A stretch of DNA of 64,000 bases from Leucoraja ocellata (Eukaryota), in the NCBI GenBank assembly GCA_036785375.1, contig JAWMAR010000131.1, positions 310,001 to 374,000 of the forward strand, written 5' to 3'. Every line of letters starts with the position of its first letter. Position 1 is the stretch's first letter. The position numbers and the translations under genes were made by a program. Shown piece after piece: positions 51,841 through 64,000 of the stretch. A model generated the notes under the pieces. It did not search any database and was not told the DNA's origin. It was given only the letters and a program-made list of their open reading frames with translations.

Positions 51841-51938
51841 GCTGAAGAAGGGTCTCGACCCGAAACGTCACCCATTCCTTCTCTCCAGAGATGCTGCCTC
51901 ACCCGCTCAGTTACTCCAGCATTTTGTGTCTACCTTCG
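51841..51938 (+). mobile_element. Penelope-terminus single arm
   Basis: ctgaagaagggtctcgacccgaaacgtcacccattccttctctccagagatgctgcctcacccgct. Confidence 0.88.
51842..51869 (+). ncRNA. Minimal hammerhead ribozyme core (PLE type)
   Basis: CUGAAGA (51842-51848), A, stem II GGGU/ACCC, GAAA (51862-51865), palindromic ACGU stem III, GUC site ending at 51869; stem I is poor. Confidence 0.6.
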
Positions 51939-54399
51939 GGTTCAATGGATTTTGGTTGCTTAACTTGGAGGCCTGAATGTGAAAGCTACGACTTTTCAGG
52001 ATTACTAGGTGGGATCACTCGGAAAGCTTATTTTGTTGCTCAAAATGCCAAAAGACAATGGCAGGGTGCAGGGGTTGCTTGAATGTCTTGAGCATACTCT
52101 CCTGGTTGTCATGCAGTGTGCATCATTAATTGTAGCCATGGAGATTGTAGACTTGGCCATTCACCACTCCCAGCTGTATGGAAAAAAATATGTCTGTGCC
52201 CCTGGGTGAAGTGAAGGGATAAAATAGATGATGTGATAATTTTTCTATTATGAAAAAAAAATGTGTGCATTTTAATTTTAAAGAATCAGTAGCCTGCAGT
52301 ATAAAATATTCAGTAGTCAGAAGAAACTAATTGTTTTGTTTGTTTCTCCACCCAGAAGGTGCCTGTTTCAAATATTATGGTTGATTCTATTTTATCAAAT
52401 CTCCCCCCTTAACTCTTTTGGCAATAGCACATGTTAGTACCAGGGGCTGCTCTTTAAAACTAATTGCACAAGTACAGATCAGTAAATATTTGAGTCAATC
52501 AAGCTGCCAACTTCGGAGGGAACTTTGCAACAGAAAAAAAACCTATAGTAATTACCAAAGGTGAAAAAGTAGGGGTTAGGAAACTGTTGTGTGACAAAAC
52601 TAAAGAACAAAAGTAATTAAAATACTCATTTGTAATTAAGTAGTAATTAAAATGTTACGTGTAACTCAGAGTGCCATTTTGAAGTTTAAATAATTTAAGA
52701 TTATTGTTTAATATGGGTTTATAAGCTCATTAAATCACCTTTCTTTTAATGAAGCATCCGAAAAGAATGGCAGTGCAGACTTCTGTCAAAAAAGCTAAAT
52801 CTTTCCAGACTAAATTAAAAGAAAATGAGGAAGCCTAATGGCTTCTGTTTGGCAGCTTAAGCTTCTGTTTTTACTGTCACCTTCGTTTTATTCATGGTTG
52901 TCACTGTTGGGTCATGCATTATTAATAATAATTTTAGGAACATTTAGCATAAATGCCAGTACAGTACCATGCTAGCTTTCGACACGAAGCAACAGCATAT
53001 TGTTACAATTGCTGGAAATGTTCTGAAAATGATTACACTAGAGAACTACAGCTGGCCCAAATGTCCATGAAATCTGCTGTGATTTATTTCCCCCCCCCCC
53101 CCCCCCCCCCCCCCGTCCCCGCTTACTGCTATCGAGGTAAGTATTTCCCCATTGTGCACCATTTCTAGTTAGGAATTTACGTACACCTTTCTGTTATATT
53201 AATCTGCAAATATGAGTTAAAAGACGACAATGCAAATGTCAAACATGGCAGTTTAATAAAAAAAAGCTGAACCAAATGCAGTAAATCGGTGAGTGACTAT
53301 AAGGAGTGCGATATCGGGTTTGTATTCTGTATTCACAATGGAAATACATGTTTGCCTCTGATGGTCCCATTACGTCGGCATTTTCATTTCCAATGAAGGG
53401 TCAGAACTGAAACAAGAGCCTTCTATCAGCTCTGCGTGTAGGAATTAGCTATTTCCTACATTTTCTGGCTATGTTGTTTGCTGATTTTGCATATTTGCAA
53501 AACTACATTTTCTGACCCTGGATTTTCAACGCACTATATCCTCCATAGAAGAAAGGATATAGTGCAGTAGAGGAAAAATGATTAGAGAAAAATACATTGA
53601 AATCAATCCTTGGGATCTCTAAGGAGGGGTATGCCCCAAATTTAATCTTCTGCCTTCCTCTCTTCAGTGTATGTCCACGATTTTGCCGTAAGGTACCAAC
53701 AACTATCAACCTCTTGTGATCTGGATTTGGCAGTTTTTGAGTTGGTTCATAATGAATAGAAATCTGAACAGTTCCTGCTACCTTGTGGATTTGGAGGTGC
53801 CTGTTGCCTTCAAAAGTGATAGTTAACTTAACTGAAGGAACAAAGTAATCCACTGCACACACACAATACCTCTTTTATGTTGCAGCATAGATTGGCTGTC
53901 ACATTAGAAGCTGATATGCAATTTTAACACGGGGCCAGGAATTTAAAATGCTCAATTAAAAAAAAGCAGTGGTTGCCCTATATGTTCCTGAAAAATATAC
54001 TGATAGGGAACAATGTTGGTTGTTGGCTTTTATTTCCTGCCAAGCTCATGTAGAAATTGTGTATTCCCTGCTAGTATCATGATTAGTATGTGTGGATTTC
54101 TCAGTGGGTGTGAGAAAATCACACTGGCAGTCCAATTACTAGTGCCTATCTTAATGGATGTGTGTCTGTCCTGAAATATACTGTAATATTGCCTCTTTTG
54201 GAGCCTCACCACACACAGATATAGATATCTAAAAGATCTCTGGAATCCTATGGAGCTTCTGACTTTGAGCGGATCTGTGATGAATTCTTCTCAAATTTGG
54301 CTACCCTCAGAAATTCATCTTTATCCATCATGTGCTACATGATCACAAGATCACAAGAGATAGGAGTAGAATTAAGCCATTCGACCTGATATCATGCAG

Positions 54400-54712
54400 G
54401 GTATGATTTTAACCAAGGGGCTACAACAGACCCAATTTGCAGCAAAGGCGAGCATCAAGCAAGGCTGTGTCGTCACTCTTAACACTTTCCTCGGTACCTT
54501 AGTACTGTGATTTATCTCCAATCAGCTTTCCACTGGAGTCAAACTAATCTGCAGGAAAATTAGGAAACTGTTGAGCCTACATCATGATTACTCCATCCTC
54601 ATTCGTTGAGCTGCACTGCATAGATGGTGCTTTGGTCCATGGCCACGGGCCATTCGTACGTAGGTCACCAAAATGCACAAGGGAGTGGGCATTAAACTAA
54701 ACATCTGCAACA
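54400..54712 (+). mobile_element. Degenerate RTE-clade LINE RT fragment
   Basis: atcaagcaaggctgtgtc (KQGCV), ggaaactgttgagccta (GKLF-like), gagctgcactgcatagatgg (decayed ELQYADD), aaactaaacatc. Confidence 0.55.
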
Positions 54713-56684
54713 TATAGTTATTTCAAACTGCCCCATTGCACAATAGCGACTGAGCAAGTCTCTGGAAATTGAGAATCTGTGCTTGGGTTGATGATCTAGA
54801 TGCTATGGAAGCAACAGTTGAATCCTTGGGAAGAGGGAGAGAACATACATAATGTTTTGGGACTGAGTAATGTTTATAAATGGACAGGTTTTGTTTTCCG
54901 ATTGTAAACGTTTGACAAATCATCAACACTACAAATAATAAAAATGTGGACATCCCCATTTGCTCTTGCTGGGACCTCTTTGAGCAAATCACTTCAATCT
55001 TTCATTCGCTGCAGGAAGAGATTCACCTGCAGCCCCAAAGCTTGACAATAACTGGGCACTTACAGTTTCCAGACCAACTCTGACATCGACTTAAATTGGA
55101 TTAATGACCTTTACTGTTTAGCTGCTTTATATAGGAAAGGATTTATCTAACTCACATTTTGCTATCGTATATCACCCACAGTGACATCTCCTGTGATTTG
55201 TCAATTGAGTAAGTACTTCAATTAACATGGAAAGAAAAATTGTTACCAGCCAAAGGTTAGAAGTGCAGCTGGCTATTTGGCTAATGCAACCGTAAACACT
55301 GGGATAATGATCTCATAAGTAATTGTACTCTATACATTATAGTACATGACTTTCTGTTCTAACTTGTTCTTTGTGCTTATCAGAACCTTGTTTAGGTTTG
55401 CATCTTGCAATTAGAGTTGAACTTCCATGAGTTTCACACCAGACCAGCCCAAGATTGGACATGTGCTGTGCACCGGACCAACAAACAAATGCATTGCAAC
55501 AAATGTCTGCAGCAGAATTCCAAAGCACTTTTACCATACACAAAGGCAGAGGAATGAAAGTGGTACTCAGTTCTTAGGTGGTTGGTACAGGGAAGGGGGC
55601 AGAGATGGGGAGTATGGAATAGGGTAGGCATAGGGATAATGGAGTTAAGTCAGGTAGCAATCGAGATGGGGCGGATGGTACTGGTGGAATTGGAAGCTTG
55701 TGGATCAGATCAGATCAGTACACAGAGAGACAATCAGTGAATTTGGTGTAGGATCAGCTTCTCGTTTAGCTGTGAGGTGGATCAGGATAGTAGTTGATTG
55801 CATTGGGGTGAAGATCAGGTGAAGTTGGTTGGAATTCAAGGAAGATTCACTTCAAGGTTTTTTTTTACATAAAGGATCCCTACCAGCCCTTAAGGTGCCC
55901 CATGTCTGTCACACTGGAGCAGGCCTTGCAATGATTACTGAAGTCCTGCTTCTGCATATACGACCCATGTACATGTATCCCAATAATATTTAACAGATGT
56001 GGTATCTGCATGCCTGTCGCTTCTGTTGGATGGGGATTTGTCTGGCTGGGGACATATGTGAGATAAGACACCATCATGTGTAGAGGAAAATTGCGGATTT
56101 TCTGAAAGACGCAGTAAGTTCGATGAACTTTTCGTAACCTTGTCAGCGCCAGAAACCTGGTGACTCTTGTGTACTGCCCAGGTGAGATCTGCTGTATGAT
56201 TTTACCAGGTTGTACACAAAACAAAGCATTTCACTGCACCTAGGTACATGTTGCAGTAAATAATCATAGAATCATTGAAGTCTTAGATCCAATTGAAAGA
56301 TCAATTTACTGAAGAAATGTTCTTGCATAGAACACATTAACATGGTGCTGCATAATCACATTTCTAGATCACTAACTCATATTTGCAAATGCCCTCAATT
56401 TGAATCATTATTTGTACTGAGCTAAATCTAGAACTTTTAAATAAATACCTGAAATTCCATTTCTTTTTCTATTTTGTGCCTCTCCATTTTTGCACTTTTG
56501 ATATATGTAAGCAAGGTGACGTATGCACATGTACAATTTCCTTTTTGAGAGTTGTAAAGAGCTCAATATGTGTGCAACAGAATGAGATGATTAACTAAAA
56601 ATTATTGTTTACTGTCTATTGTATTAGAGATTTGTATTGTAGTTCCAAAATTCTTGGATTTTTTTTTTTTGTGTAAATAAATTA

Positions 56685-56868
56685 TAGTTCATAGATTCAT
56701 AAATGATAGGAGCATTCGGCCAATCAAGTCTATGCCTCCATTCAATCATTGCTGATCTATATTTCTCTCCTTATCCCATTTTCCTGCCTTCTCCCCTATA
56801 ACCCCTGACACCCGTACTAATCAAGAATCTATATATCTCTGCCTTAAAAATATCCATTGACTTGGCCA
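56685..56868 (-). mobile_element. CR1 (HER1-like) 3' tail
   Basis: ccattcaatcattgctgatcta...ctgccttaaaaatatccattgacttggcc. Confidence 0.82.
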
Positions 56869-58562
56869 TTGGCTGTAGTGTAGGTTTTCCAACATACCGT
56901 GTGTACTGACTGACTGAATATATGTTTTTGATAGTTAGTTGAGCAATGCCGGATTTATGGATATTTATTTTTAATGCTGCTTAACTGATCCACTGGGATC
57001 CAGCATCCATTTTTCTGGAAATCCAGAGAGCTAATTCCTAGCATATATTGTTTGAATTAATTTTTATGAAATCCTCAATATCATGGCTGTCAGCCCACTC
57101 GACTAGAAAAGTGCTGAATATTTTAAGGAATGAAATTGTGCAGAAGTTAAACATAATTGTTTCTTTGGATGGTGGTCTGTGCGAATTGAGAGGCAATATC
57201 TTATTTACTAGAACATTTGGTTGGCATCAGTTGCCTAGATTGAGCTGGCATTTGTCAAACTATATGTACCACCCATTCCCTCTGGTGTTTTGTTAATACT
57301 ACTAGGTTACCTCAGCAATAATCAATAAAAGTGTACCTGAGGCATGCAACTTGTTTCAAAGTAACATCATGGCAAGGGTTAACCCCAAACAAGATCTCTG
57401 CCCCTCTAAGGCCAAAATAAATTCATTTCATTAAGATAATTGCTGCAAAAAACGACCATTTGAGGGGCTTTTTAACTGTGGTGGGAAGTCTTAGCACTTT
57501 TTACTCTTACTTCAGGAGATTGGTGTGATTTATGTTAGTTTGAATACAAAGATAACTTGGTCAATGCACCAGCAAACGTTAAGGCAGTGGGAAGTTCCAG
57601 ATTTTATGTGTGTGTGTGTATTACTGACTCTAATATGTTTACTGGGATCAGTTAACATGGAGGAGCAAAGGTGCACTCCTAATAGAAATCTACCCATAAC
57701 TGGGTCCAGATCTTTGAGAAAGTCGTGCAGCAGGATTTCTCCTGGAACAGTTCCTCACCGTGGAGTAACTTGAGAGTCTGGGACTTCTGTTGGAGAAGGA
57801 GATGGTGTTCACATCATGCCGTGTAGGAGCCCAGCCTGAGATCCCCGAACAGGGATCCAAGGTATCTTCTCAGTGCTTGCTTTGGATTGGAATAATCTCA
57901 TTTTCCTATGCCCTTTGACAATTTTTTAATTTAGATGAACCTTAATACAGACAGAAATACTCAGCCTTTGTCCTCTAATTGAATTCAGTTGACAATTGGT
58001 GGGATTTACAAATATTATTCAGCTCGTACATTTGGAAATGATTAAAAAAATCATGTTTGATTATATATTTTTGGTCTTGCCTCCTGTAAACTTTCAGAAA
58101 TCTGGAGGAGAGCACATGGAAAATCCCGAGATTCTCACGTCCTGGTCACTTAAAGGTTTGGCCCTGTTATAGAATCATAGGAAACGTAGAATAAAGACGT
58201 TGGCCATTTGGCCGACTGAACCTATTCTCGTGGAGAGCTACATATTCTGGTCACAACATCTCGCTGTAGGTCAATGACTCTGCAGGTTGCAGCTGCTCAG
58301 AGACACAGCAGAAGATGTTTTGAATGTGATTGAGGGTGTCTGCCTCTCTCACCCCCTAGGGCCATGAGAACCATATGCCTATTACCCTCTAAATGAAAAG
58401 AATGCTCCTCTAATTTTATGACTAATTATTTAAAATCTATGCTTCAAGTCATCTAATTAACAAAATTTTACGATTTACCATCGCAGTATAATTAAACCCT
58501 TGGTCAGTAGGGATCTGTTTACATGAGAATTCAATCACACTTGACCAAAACAAATATTACTG

Positions 58563-58798
58563 TAGATGGACACAAAATACTGGAGTAACTCAGCGGGACG
58601 GGCAGCATCTCTGGAGAGAAGGAATGGGTGACGTTTCGGATTGAGACCTTTCTTCAGACTGATGAAGTCTAAAGAAGGGTCTTGACCCAAAACACCACCC
58701 ATTCCTTCTCTCCAGAGATGCTGCCTGTCAACCTGAGTTACTCCAGCATTATGTGTCTATCTTCGGTTTAAACCAGCATCTGCAGTTTCTTCCTACAC
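58563..58798. mobile_element. Near-complete palindromic Penelope-terminus element
   Basis: ~100-bp arms meeting at cttcagact-gatga-agtctaaagaagggtc. Confidence 0.88.
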
Positions 58799-59189
58799 AA
58801 TTATCGTGGATGATCTCAGTCAACTGTTTTTCTATCTGTATTAAGGTGCATCTCAATTTTAAAAATGTCCATCGGCATAGGAAAATTAAATTGCTCCAAT
58901 CTAAAGCAAGCACTGATGCAGATATCGTCGATGAAATAGTCTCTCCACATCTTGAAAATTCAATGCAAAGTGATCTGCTCATTTGTTTTTCCAATAATCC
59001 TGCATGTCACCCATTTTTCGACGTCTTAATCTTTGGGAAGAAGTCTTTAAGAATAATTTACAGCTTCTGGATTTGTGTTGTTAGTCAGGGGCAGTAACAA
59101 TGAGACATCATGGCCTACTGACAAATGGCTTCCAATCAATAACTAGATAACACTTGCTTAGAGACCTGATTTTACTCCGCAGATAACAA

Positions 59190-59492
59190 GGTTAGAAATA
59201 AGGGGTAAGGCATTTAAGGGGTAAGCCATCTTTTAAGAATAAGGGGTAAGCCATTTAGAATGGAGATGAGGAAACACTTTTTCACATGGAGAGTTGTGAG
59301 TCTGTGGAATTCTCTGCCTTAAAGGTGGAGGCCGGTTCTCTGGATACTTTCAAGAGAGAGCTTGATAGGGCTCTTGAAGTCAGGGGATATGGGGAGAAGG
59401 CAGGAACGGGGAACTGATTGTGGATGATCAGCCATGATCACATTGAAAGGCCGAATGGCCTACTCCTGCACCTTTGTCTATAGTCTTTTGTC
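59190..59492 (+). mobile_element. CR1 (HER1-like) 3' end with a reiterated 5' junction
   Basis: gagatgaggaaacacttttt...gtggaattctctgcc...ggccgaatggcctactcctgcacc; taaggggtaag(g/c)cat occurs three times at the 5' end. Confidence 0.85.
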
Positions 59493-60380
59493 TAAATGAA
59501 TTATTATCAGTAGATTTTAAAGGAAGGTTATGCATGTTAGATATCATTTTGCTCAACGCTGTGTGACTTTAAAGAAGAAACTAACAGTAATAACCAAGAG
59601 AAATCTGGTTAAATGCACATTTAAGACATGTGTCATATTCCAGTCTGTAATATTCCATTATGTTTCAATTCAAACAATCCATTCCCAAGTATTACATTTC
59701 TTGTTAGATGTTGGCATCTTCAGGTTTATCAGAAGAAATCATGACATCAATCAACTTTTCTCAGGAGTCCAAAATAACACCATTCTTCAAATCTAATTAG
59801 GAATATCCTGAAAATAAAACTGCTAGAGTATCTCAGCAGGTCAAGCACCATCTCTGGAGAAGGATAGATGAAGTTTTGGGTCAGGATGGGAGTCTCCTGA
59901 TGCTTGCAAAATGTTCTCAGCATTATCTTACATAACTCATAAATAGTGATGTAGGATAGGTACGTTGGGACATATTTACTGTCTGTTTAATATTCAGGCA
60001 GATTACAGATACAATTAATTTGGTTTATTCTTTTTATAGTGACCTAGTTGATGTTGATTGGTATTTTTTCCGACCCATATTTGAACTTCATTGGATGGCT
60101 AAAAAACCTTGCTTTTTTAAAGAATTTTCCACCAGAGTAATCGGGACTTAGCTGGGATGTATTATTTTGGAGTTTGATCAGTTGAACACTGTTATTTATA
60201 TATTGACCATGTTGGTCTAAGGTATACATGTAAGTATACACATGCAGGTACTACTGTATATTGGGGTGGTTGAACTTTACGCAGGGATATAATAATGGTA
60301 AGAGGGACAATCACACAAGTATCGGCTGGAACTTTGCAGCCTATACAATCAACAAAATACTACTCCAATCGTGTTGTTTA

Positions 60381-60505
60381 AGAAAGAACTGCAGATGCTG
60401 GAAAAATCGAAGGTAGACAAAAATGCTGGATAAACTCAGAGGGTGAGGCAGCATCGATGGAGCGAAGGAATAGGTGACGTTTCGGGTCGAGACCCTTCTT
60501 CAGAC
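60381..60505 (-). mobile_element. Penelope-terminus single arm with an intact hammerhead core (60476-60503)
   Basis: ggtgacgtttcgggtcgagacccttcttcagac; flanks aatcgtgttgttta and aattgtgttcttta form an imperfect TSD. Confidence 0.85.
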
Positions 60506-60559
60506 AAAATTGTGTTCTTTAGTTTGCTTTCTGTTAAAGGAGTCTTTACATCACATAAG

Positions 60560-60755
60560 TTCCTCCAGCTGGGAAATCGAGGTTTTCTGGAGCTCATTAA
60601 CGCCCTGCCACAGAGGTACACGTATTGTTTATTGTGTGTATAATTTGTGTTTATTATGTGTTTTTGTCATTTTTACTATATGTGTAGGACTGCAAGGCAA
60701 CAACATTTTGTGCAAGGTCTGAATGACAATAAAGGCTACTTTGATTTTGACTTTG
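60560..60755 (+). mobile_element. LINE 3' tail (Rex1-like)
   Basis: gaatgacaataaaggctactttgattttgacttt terminus. Confidence 0.5.
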
Positions 60756-61008
60756 TTGGGCAAGATGCAATTTCTGCCCTGTCCCATAGGTTTGTCAGGT
60801 TTTCTGTGTCATTGAGAAGATTCTTACATAATGATTAGCCTCTAATCCACTTGATTAATACAAACAAATTATCTGTGTCCTCTTTAAATTGTGCACATAT
60901 AGATTGGATTACCATATCCCTGTATGAGATTAATGCATAAAGTGCAGGACCAGTGTTGCATCCAGTACAGACGGTGCAGTACAGATGATTGCTGGTGACG
61001 GTGCAGTA

Positions 61009-61472
61009 CGGGTCCCTGCTGGGAGACCGCTTTTCGGGGCTTCCGCAACGGCAACTTCACCCGCCCGAGTTGCGGGGTTGAAGAGTACCTGGAGCCGGGC
61101 CTTACATCATCGCCCGGCGCAGCTTGGAATGGCTGTGGGACTTTGCTAGCACCCGCCGGGGGCTCCAACAAGACCTGGAGCGCGGCCTTGCATCACTCAG
61201 CGCGGCGTTAATGGCCGCGGGACAATTACCATCGCCCGCCGGGGGCTTTGACTCTGACATCGGGAGGGGAATGGGGAGTGCAGGGAAGAGATAAGTTTTT
61301 GCCTTCCATCACAATGAGGAGGAGATGCGCTGTGATGGATGTTTGTGTAAATTGTGTTGTGTCTTGGTTCTTTCTTGTGTGTATGACTGCAGAAACAACA
61401 TTTCGTTTGAACCTCAATGGGGTTCAAATGACAAATAAATTGTATTGTATTGTATTGTATTGTATTGTATTG
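61009..61472 (+). mobile_element. GC-rich non-autonomous retroelement with a (TTGTA)n tail
   Basis: CpG-rich body, hairpin tttgaacctc-aat-ggggttcaaa, tgacaaataaa(ttgta)6; ggtgcagta at 61000-61008 and 61476-61484. Confidence 0.7.
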
Positions 61473-62499
61473 AATGGTGCAGTAAATGCACAATATCACC
61501 CGACTTGGCCAATTATGCTTGCATTGCATTGCCTTGATCATTTGACACAAATGCAGCTGGAAGCATGACCATTAATGCTATTATTTCACTTTCTGTTCTT
61601 CATTTTTGTTGTAAATTTCCAAAACACTTTGTGTGTGTGTGTGTGGGGAAAGAGAACACAAATTGGCTAAATTTGTTCCTTGGAAAGAACTGGAGAATTG
61701 CAACCTTCGGCAGTTGGTGGCTGGTTAGTGGCATTAAAGTGATTAGTGACCGTAACAGTTACCAATAAGCAAAGGAAACATTGGCATTGATGGCTTATGC
61801 TGTGGCTTCTCTTTCTCAGAACGTCCTGCAATCTCAGAAGTGTGCACAATTTATTTATAGCCGGAACGGAGCACCAGTGGTGTACAAGACGTTCTAAATG
61901 CAGATTGGCTGCTGTATCAGGATTTTTGTATTTTTTGACACCCCTGTGTATTATCATAATTGACTTCTGGACATGATATTGTGTTAAAATGAGGTGCATT
62001 TGTTTAAAGCCCTGGAGTCCCTTTCTTCGATTTTACCAAGTTTCAGCTTCATTGTCTGGGTCACATGACCTCTTCACCAGGCCTGTCCAAAGTTATAAAA
62101 GCTGAGTGACAGGGAATGGAGATTCAGTGACAGACCAAATATATGAAAGAAATCAGACTGCCAGTTGCCCATTAGAGTGGCTGCTGTACACGGCGGCCTC
62201 ATCATGTTTGCTTTCAAACTACACTGAGCACCTAAATCAGCAGAGTGAATGCAGATGGAAGTGGACAGTCGAGCTGCAAATGGCTGCAACAATGTCATCA
62301 AACTTTTTCATTCAACTGCAGGAAAGCTTATTATCACCATTGTGTTGCGTGTTTAACTGTTTCAGTGAAGCAATCCAGTGTTTGAGCTACGAGACAAGAT
62401 GATTCCTGAATTGTAACACTGATGGGAGGGTTTTACTACTAAAAAACAAAACTTTGGTGGGAATAAAAGTACAAATTGCAAGCGGATCTGGCGGGAACT

Positions 62500-63200
62500 T
62501 CAGAACAATAATAAAACCTGGACATGTGAAGACCTTTTTGTAATATTGCAAAACATCCCAAGGTTCTTCACAGGAGTGTAGTTAAATACGATTTGCCACT
62601 AAGTAATAATAATAATAATAATAATAATAATACATTTTATTTATGGGTGCCTTTCAAGACTCTCAAGGACACCTTACAAAATTTAATAAACAGAATAACA
62701 AAACATGTAAGCGGAATGAAACAAAACAAAAAAAAAAAAAAAGTAACATAAGGATATTCGGGCAGATAACTAAAAACCTGGTTATAGAGAAATCTTCTAA
62801 GGAACATTTTTATAAAAGAAAAGTGATGTAGACAGGATAGAAATTCAACAAAGCAGTGAAGTTTACAGAAGGAATTGCCAAAGCTTAGGGTCTTGGTCAG
62901 TGAAATCATTGCACATTGAATTCTGGGATGATTAACAAACCAGATTACCCAAGTACATATATCAGGAAGGTGACAATGCTGGAAGAGTTTACTAAGGTAG
63001 AATGAGGAAAAGAGTTAAAAGCAAATGTGAATAACTAAAGTTAGGTAGCAACCACCTGGATCCATTGTGGATCGGTGTGTGCATATCAGTTGCGGATAAA
63101 TGGGATTAGAGAAATGGGAAACTTGCATTGGTAAACATTTACCGATACATGAAGAGTGAAGACAGACTGAGCAATATGGAAAAGTTAAGTCTAGACATTG
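62500..63200 (-). mobile_element. Old L2 3' end with a younger L2-type tail nested at about 62605-62742
   Basis: aaaacatcccaaggttcttcacagg...ggaattgccaaagcttaggg; nested (aat)n-acattttatttatgggtgcctttcaagactctcaaggacacctta. Confidence 0.55.
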
Positions 63201-63450
63201 TAAAGGCTTCTCCAAACTGGAGCGCAATTTGGTTCAAATTTGTTTTTTTAGGATATTCCTGAGGGCATTGGAGTTAGGGTTATGGTTGTGATAAAAGGAA
63301 AGGGGCAAAAAATAGTTTTTTTATAACTATTGGAGGTAATCGTACGTGAGCGTGAAGAGAAACCACAGTTTTTAAAGCTTTTTGTTTCCCATTTGCAAGC
63401 ATTGGCAAAATTGATGGTGCAATTTAGGTGAACTGTTGAGAATTACACTG

Positions 63451-63535
63451 AAGGACACAAAGTACTGGAGTAACTCAGCAGGTCAGGCAGCATATCTGGG
63501 GAACATGGATGGGTGACGTTTTGGATTAGGACCCA
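63451..63535 (-). mobile_element. Penelope-terminus single arm
   Basis: gacacaaagtactggagtaactcagcaggtcaggcagcat...gggtgacgtttt. Confidence 0.8.
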
Positions 63536-63924
63536 GATTTAGGCCGATTGTGTTGATTTACACTGAAATGGTTTGTGGGCCTAAGCAGTACAGTTGCTCC
63601 GTGCTGCATTGGATGTACCTAAGAAAGGATTGGAGAGTTTAGGGTCTCCCGTGCAAAAATATATATTCAGTTAACCATCTGGTTTATTGCTGTGACCACA
63701 CTGACGGCATCAGTTTCTTCTCAACACCCCAGCAAAGGTGAATATGAGGTATTTCTCTTCACAAAGGAGCAGGTTTGTTCCCTGTATTGTGCTAGTGTCC
63801 TCTCGTGGCCCATGTTACTTTTTCAGTGCATATCCATGGTTTATTGTCGCAGAAGCAATGCATGAAGATTGCCATTTCACATGTGATCAGAAGTTTCAAT
63901 GTGTTCAGTAAGATCTTGATAGTA

Positions 63925-64000
63925 CAGGTGCACAACCTTTTATCCGAAAGCCTTGGGACCAGACACTTCTCGGATTTCGGAATTTTTCGGATTTCCGAAA
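63925..64000. mobile_element. Tc1/mariner-type MITE left end, running off the window edge
   Basis: TA then caggtgcacaaccttttatccgaaa, followed by tcgga repeats; the second TIR is not visible. Confidence 0.55.

Noticed and set aside
52953-53168. Poly-proline ORF
   Set aside because: The proline run comes from a C homopolymer; there is no other support for coding.
55560-55840. Purine-rich stretch with recurring gatcag
   Set aside because: No regular period or termini; probably a decayed low-complexity repeat that I cannot classify.
58563-58798. Palindromic elements as DNA-transposon MITEs
   Set aside because: The arms match the Penelope 3' terminus, have unequal outer ends, also occur singly, and show 13-15 bp TSDs in several copies.

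Overview
Eukaryotic, AT-rich, repeat-dense window with no recognisable host protein-coding gene; it reads as a large intron or gene desert. The repeat content (HE1-like V-SINEs, HER1/CR1 3' ends, a Deu-SINE) points to a cartilaginous fish, probably a skate or ray (inference). Only ORFs derived from decayed retroelements are recognisable: Penelope RT and GIY-YIG, CR1, Rex1/Babar and RTE. The most striking signal is about 20 short elements matching the 3' terminus of a Penelope-like element. They occur as single arms or head-to-head palindromes, several have 13-15 bp TSDs, and they carry a minimal hammerhead ribozyme core. A longer RT+endonuclease parent copy with the same inverted layout lies at 17045-18367. 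Also present are a non-autonomous Helitron, hAT, Tc1/mariner and Harbinger-type MITEs, a young CORE-type SINE, a 1.2 kb long inverted repeat, a candidate 33-nt microexon and several enhancer-like blocks. Family names come from my recall of consensus motifs, not from a database search, and boundaries of old repeats are approximate.
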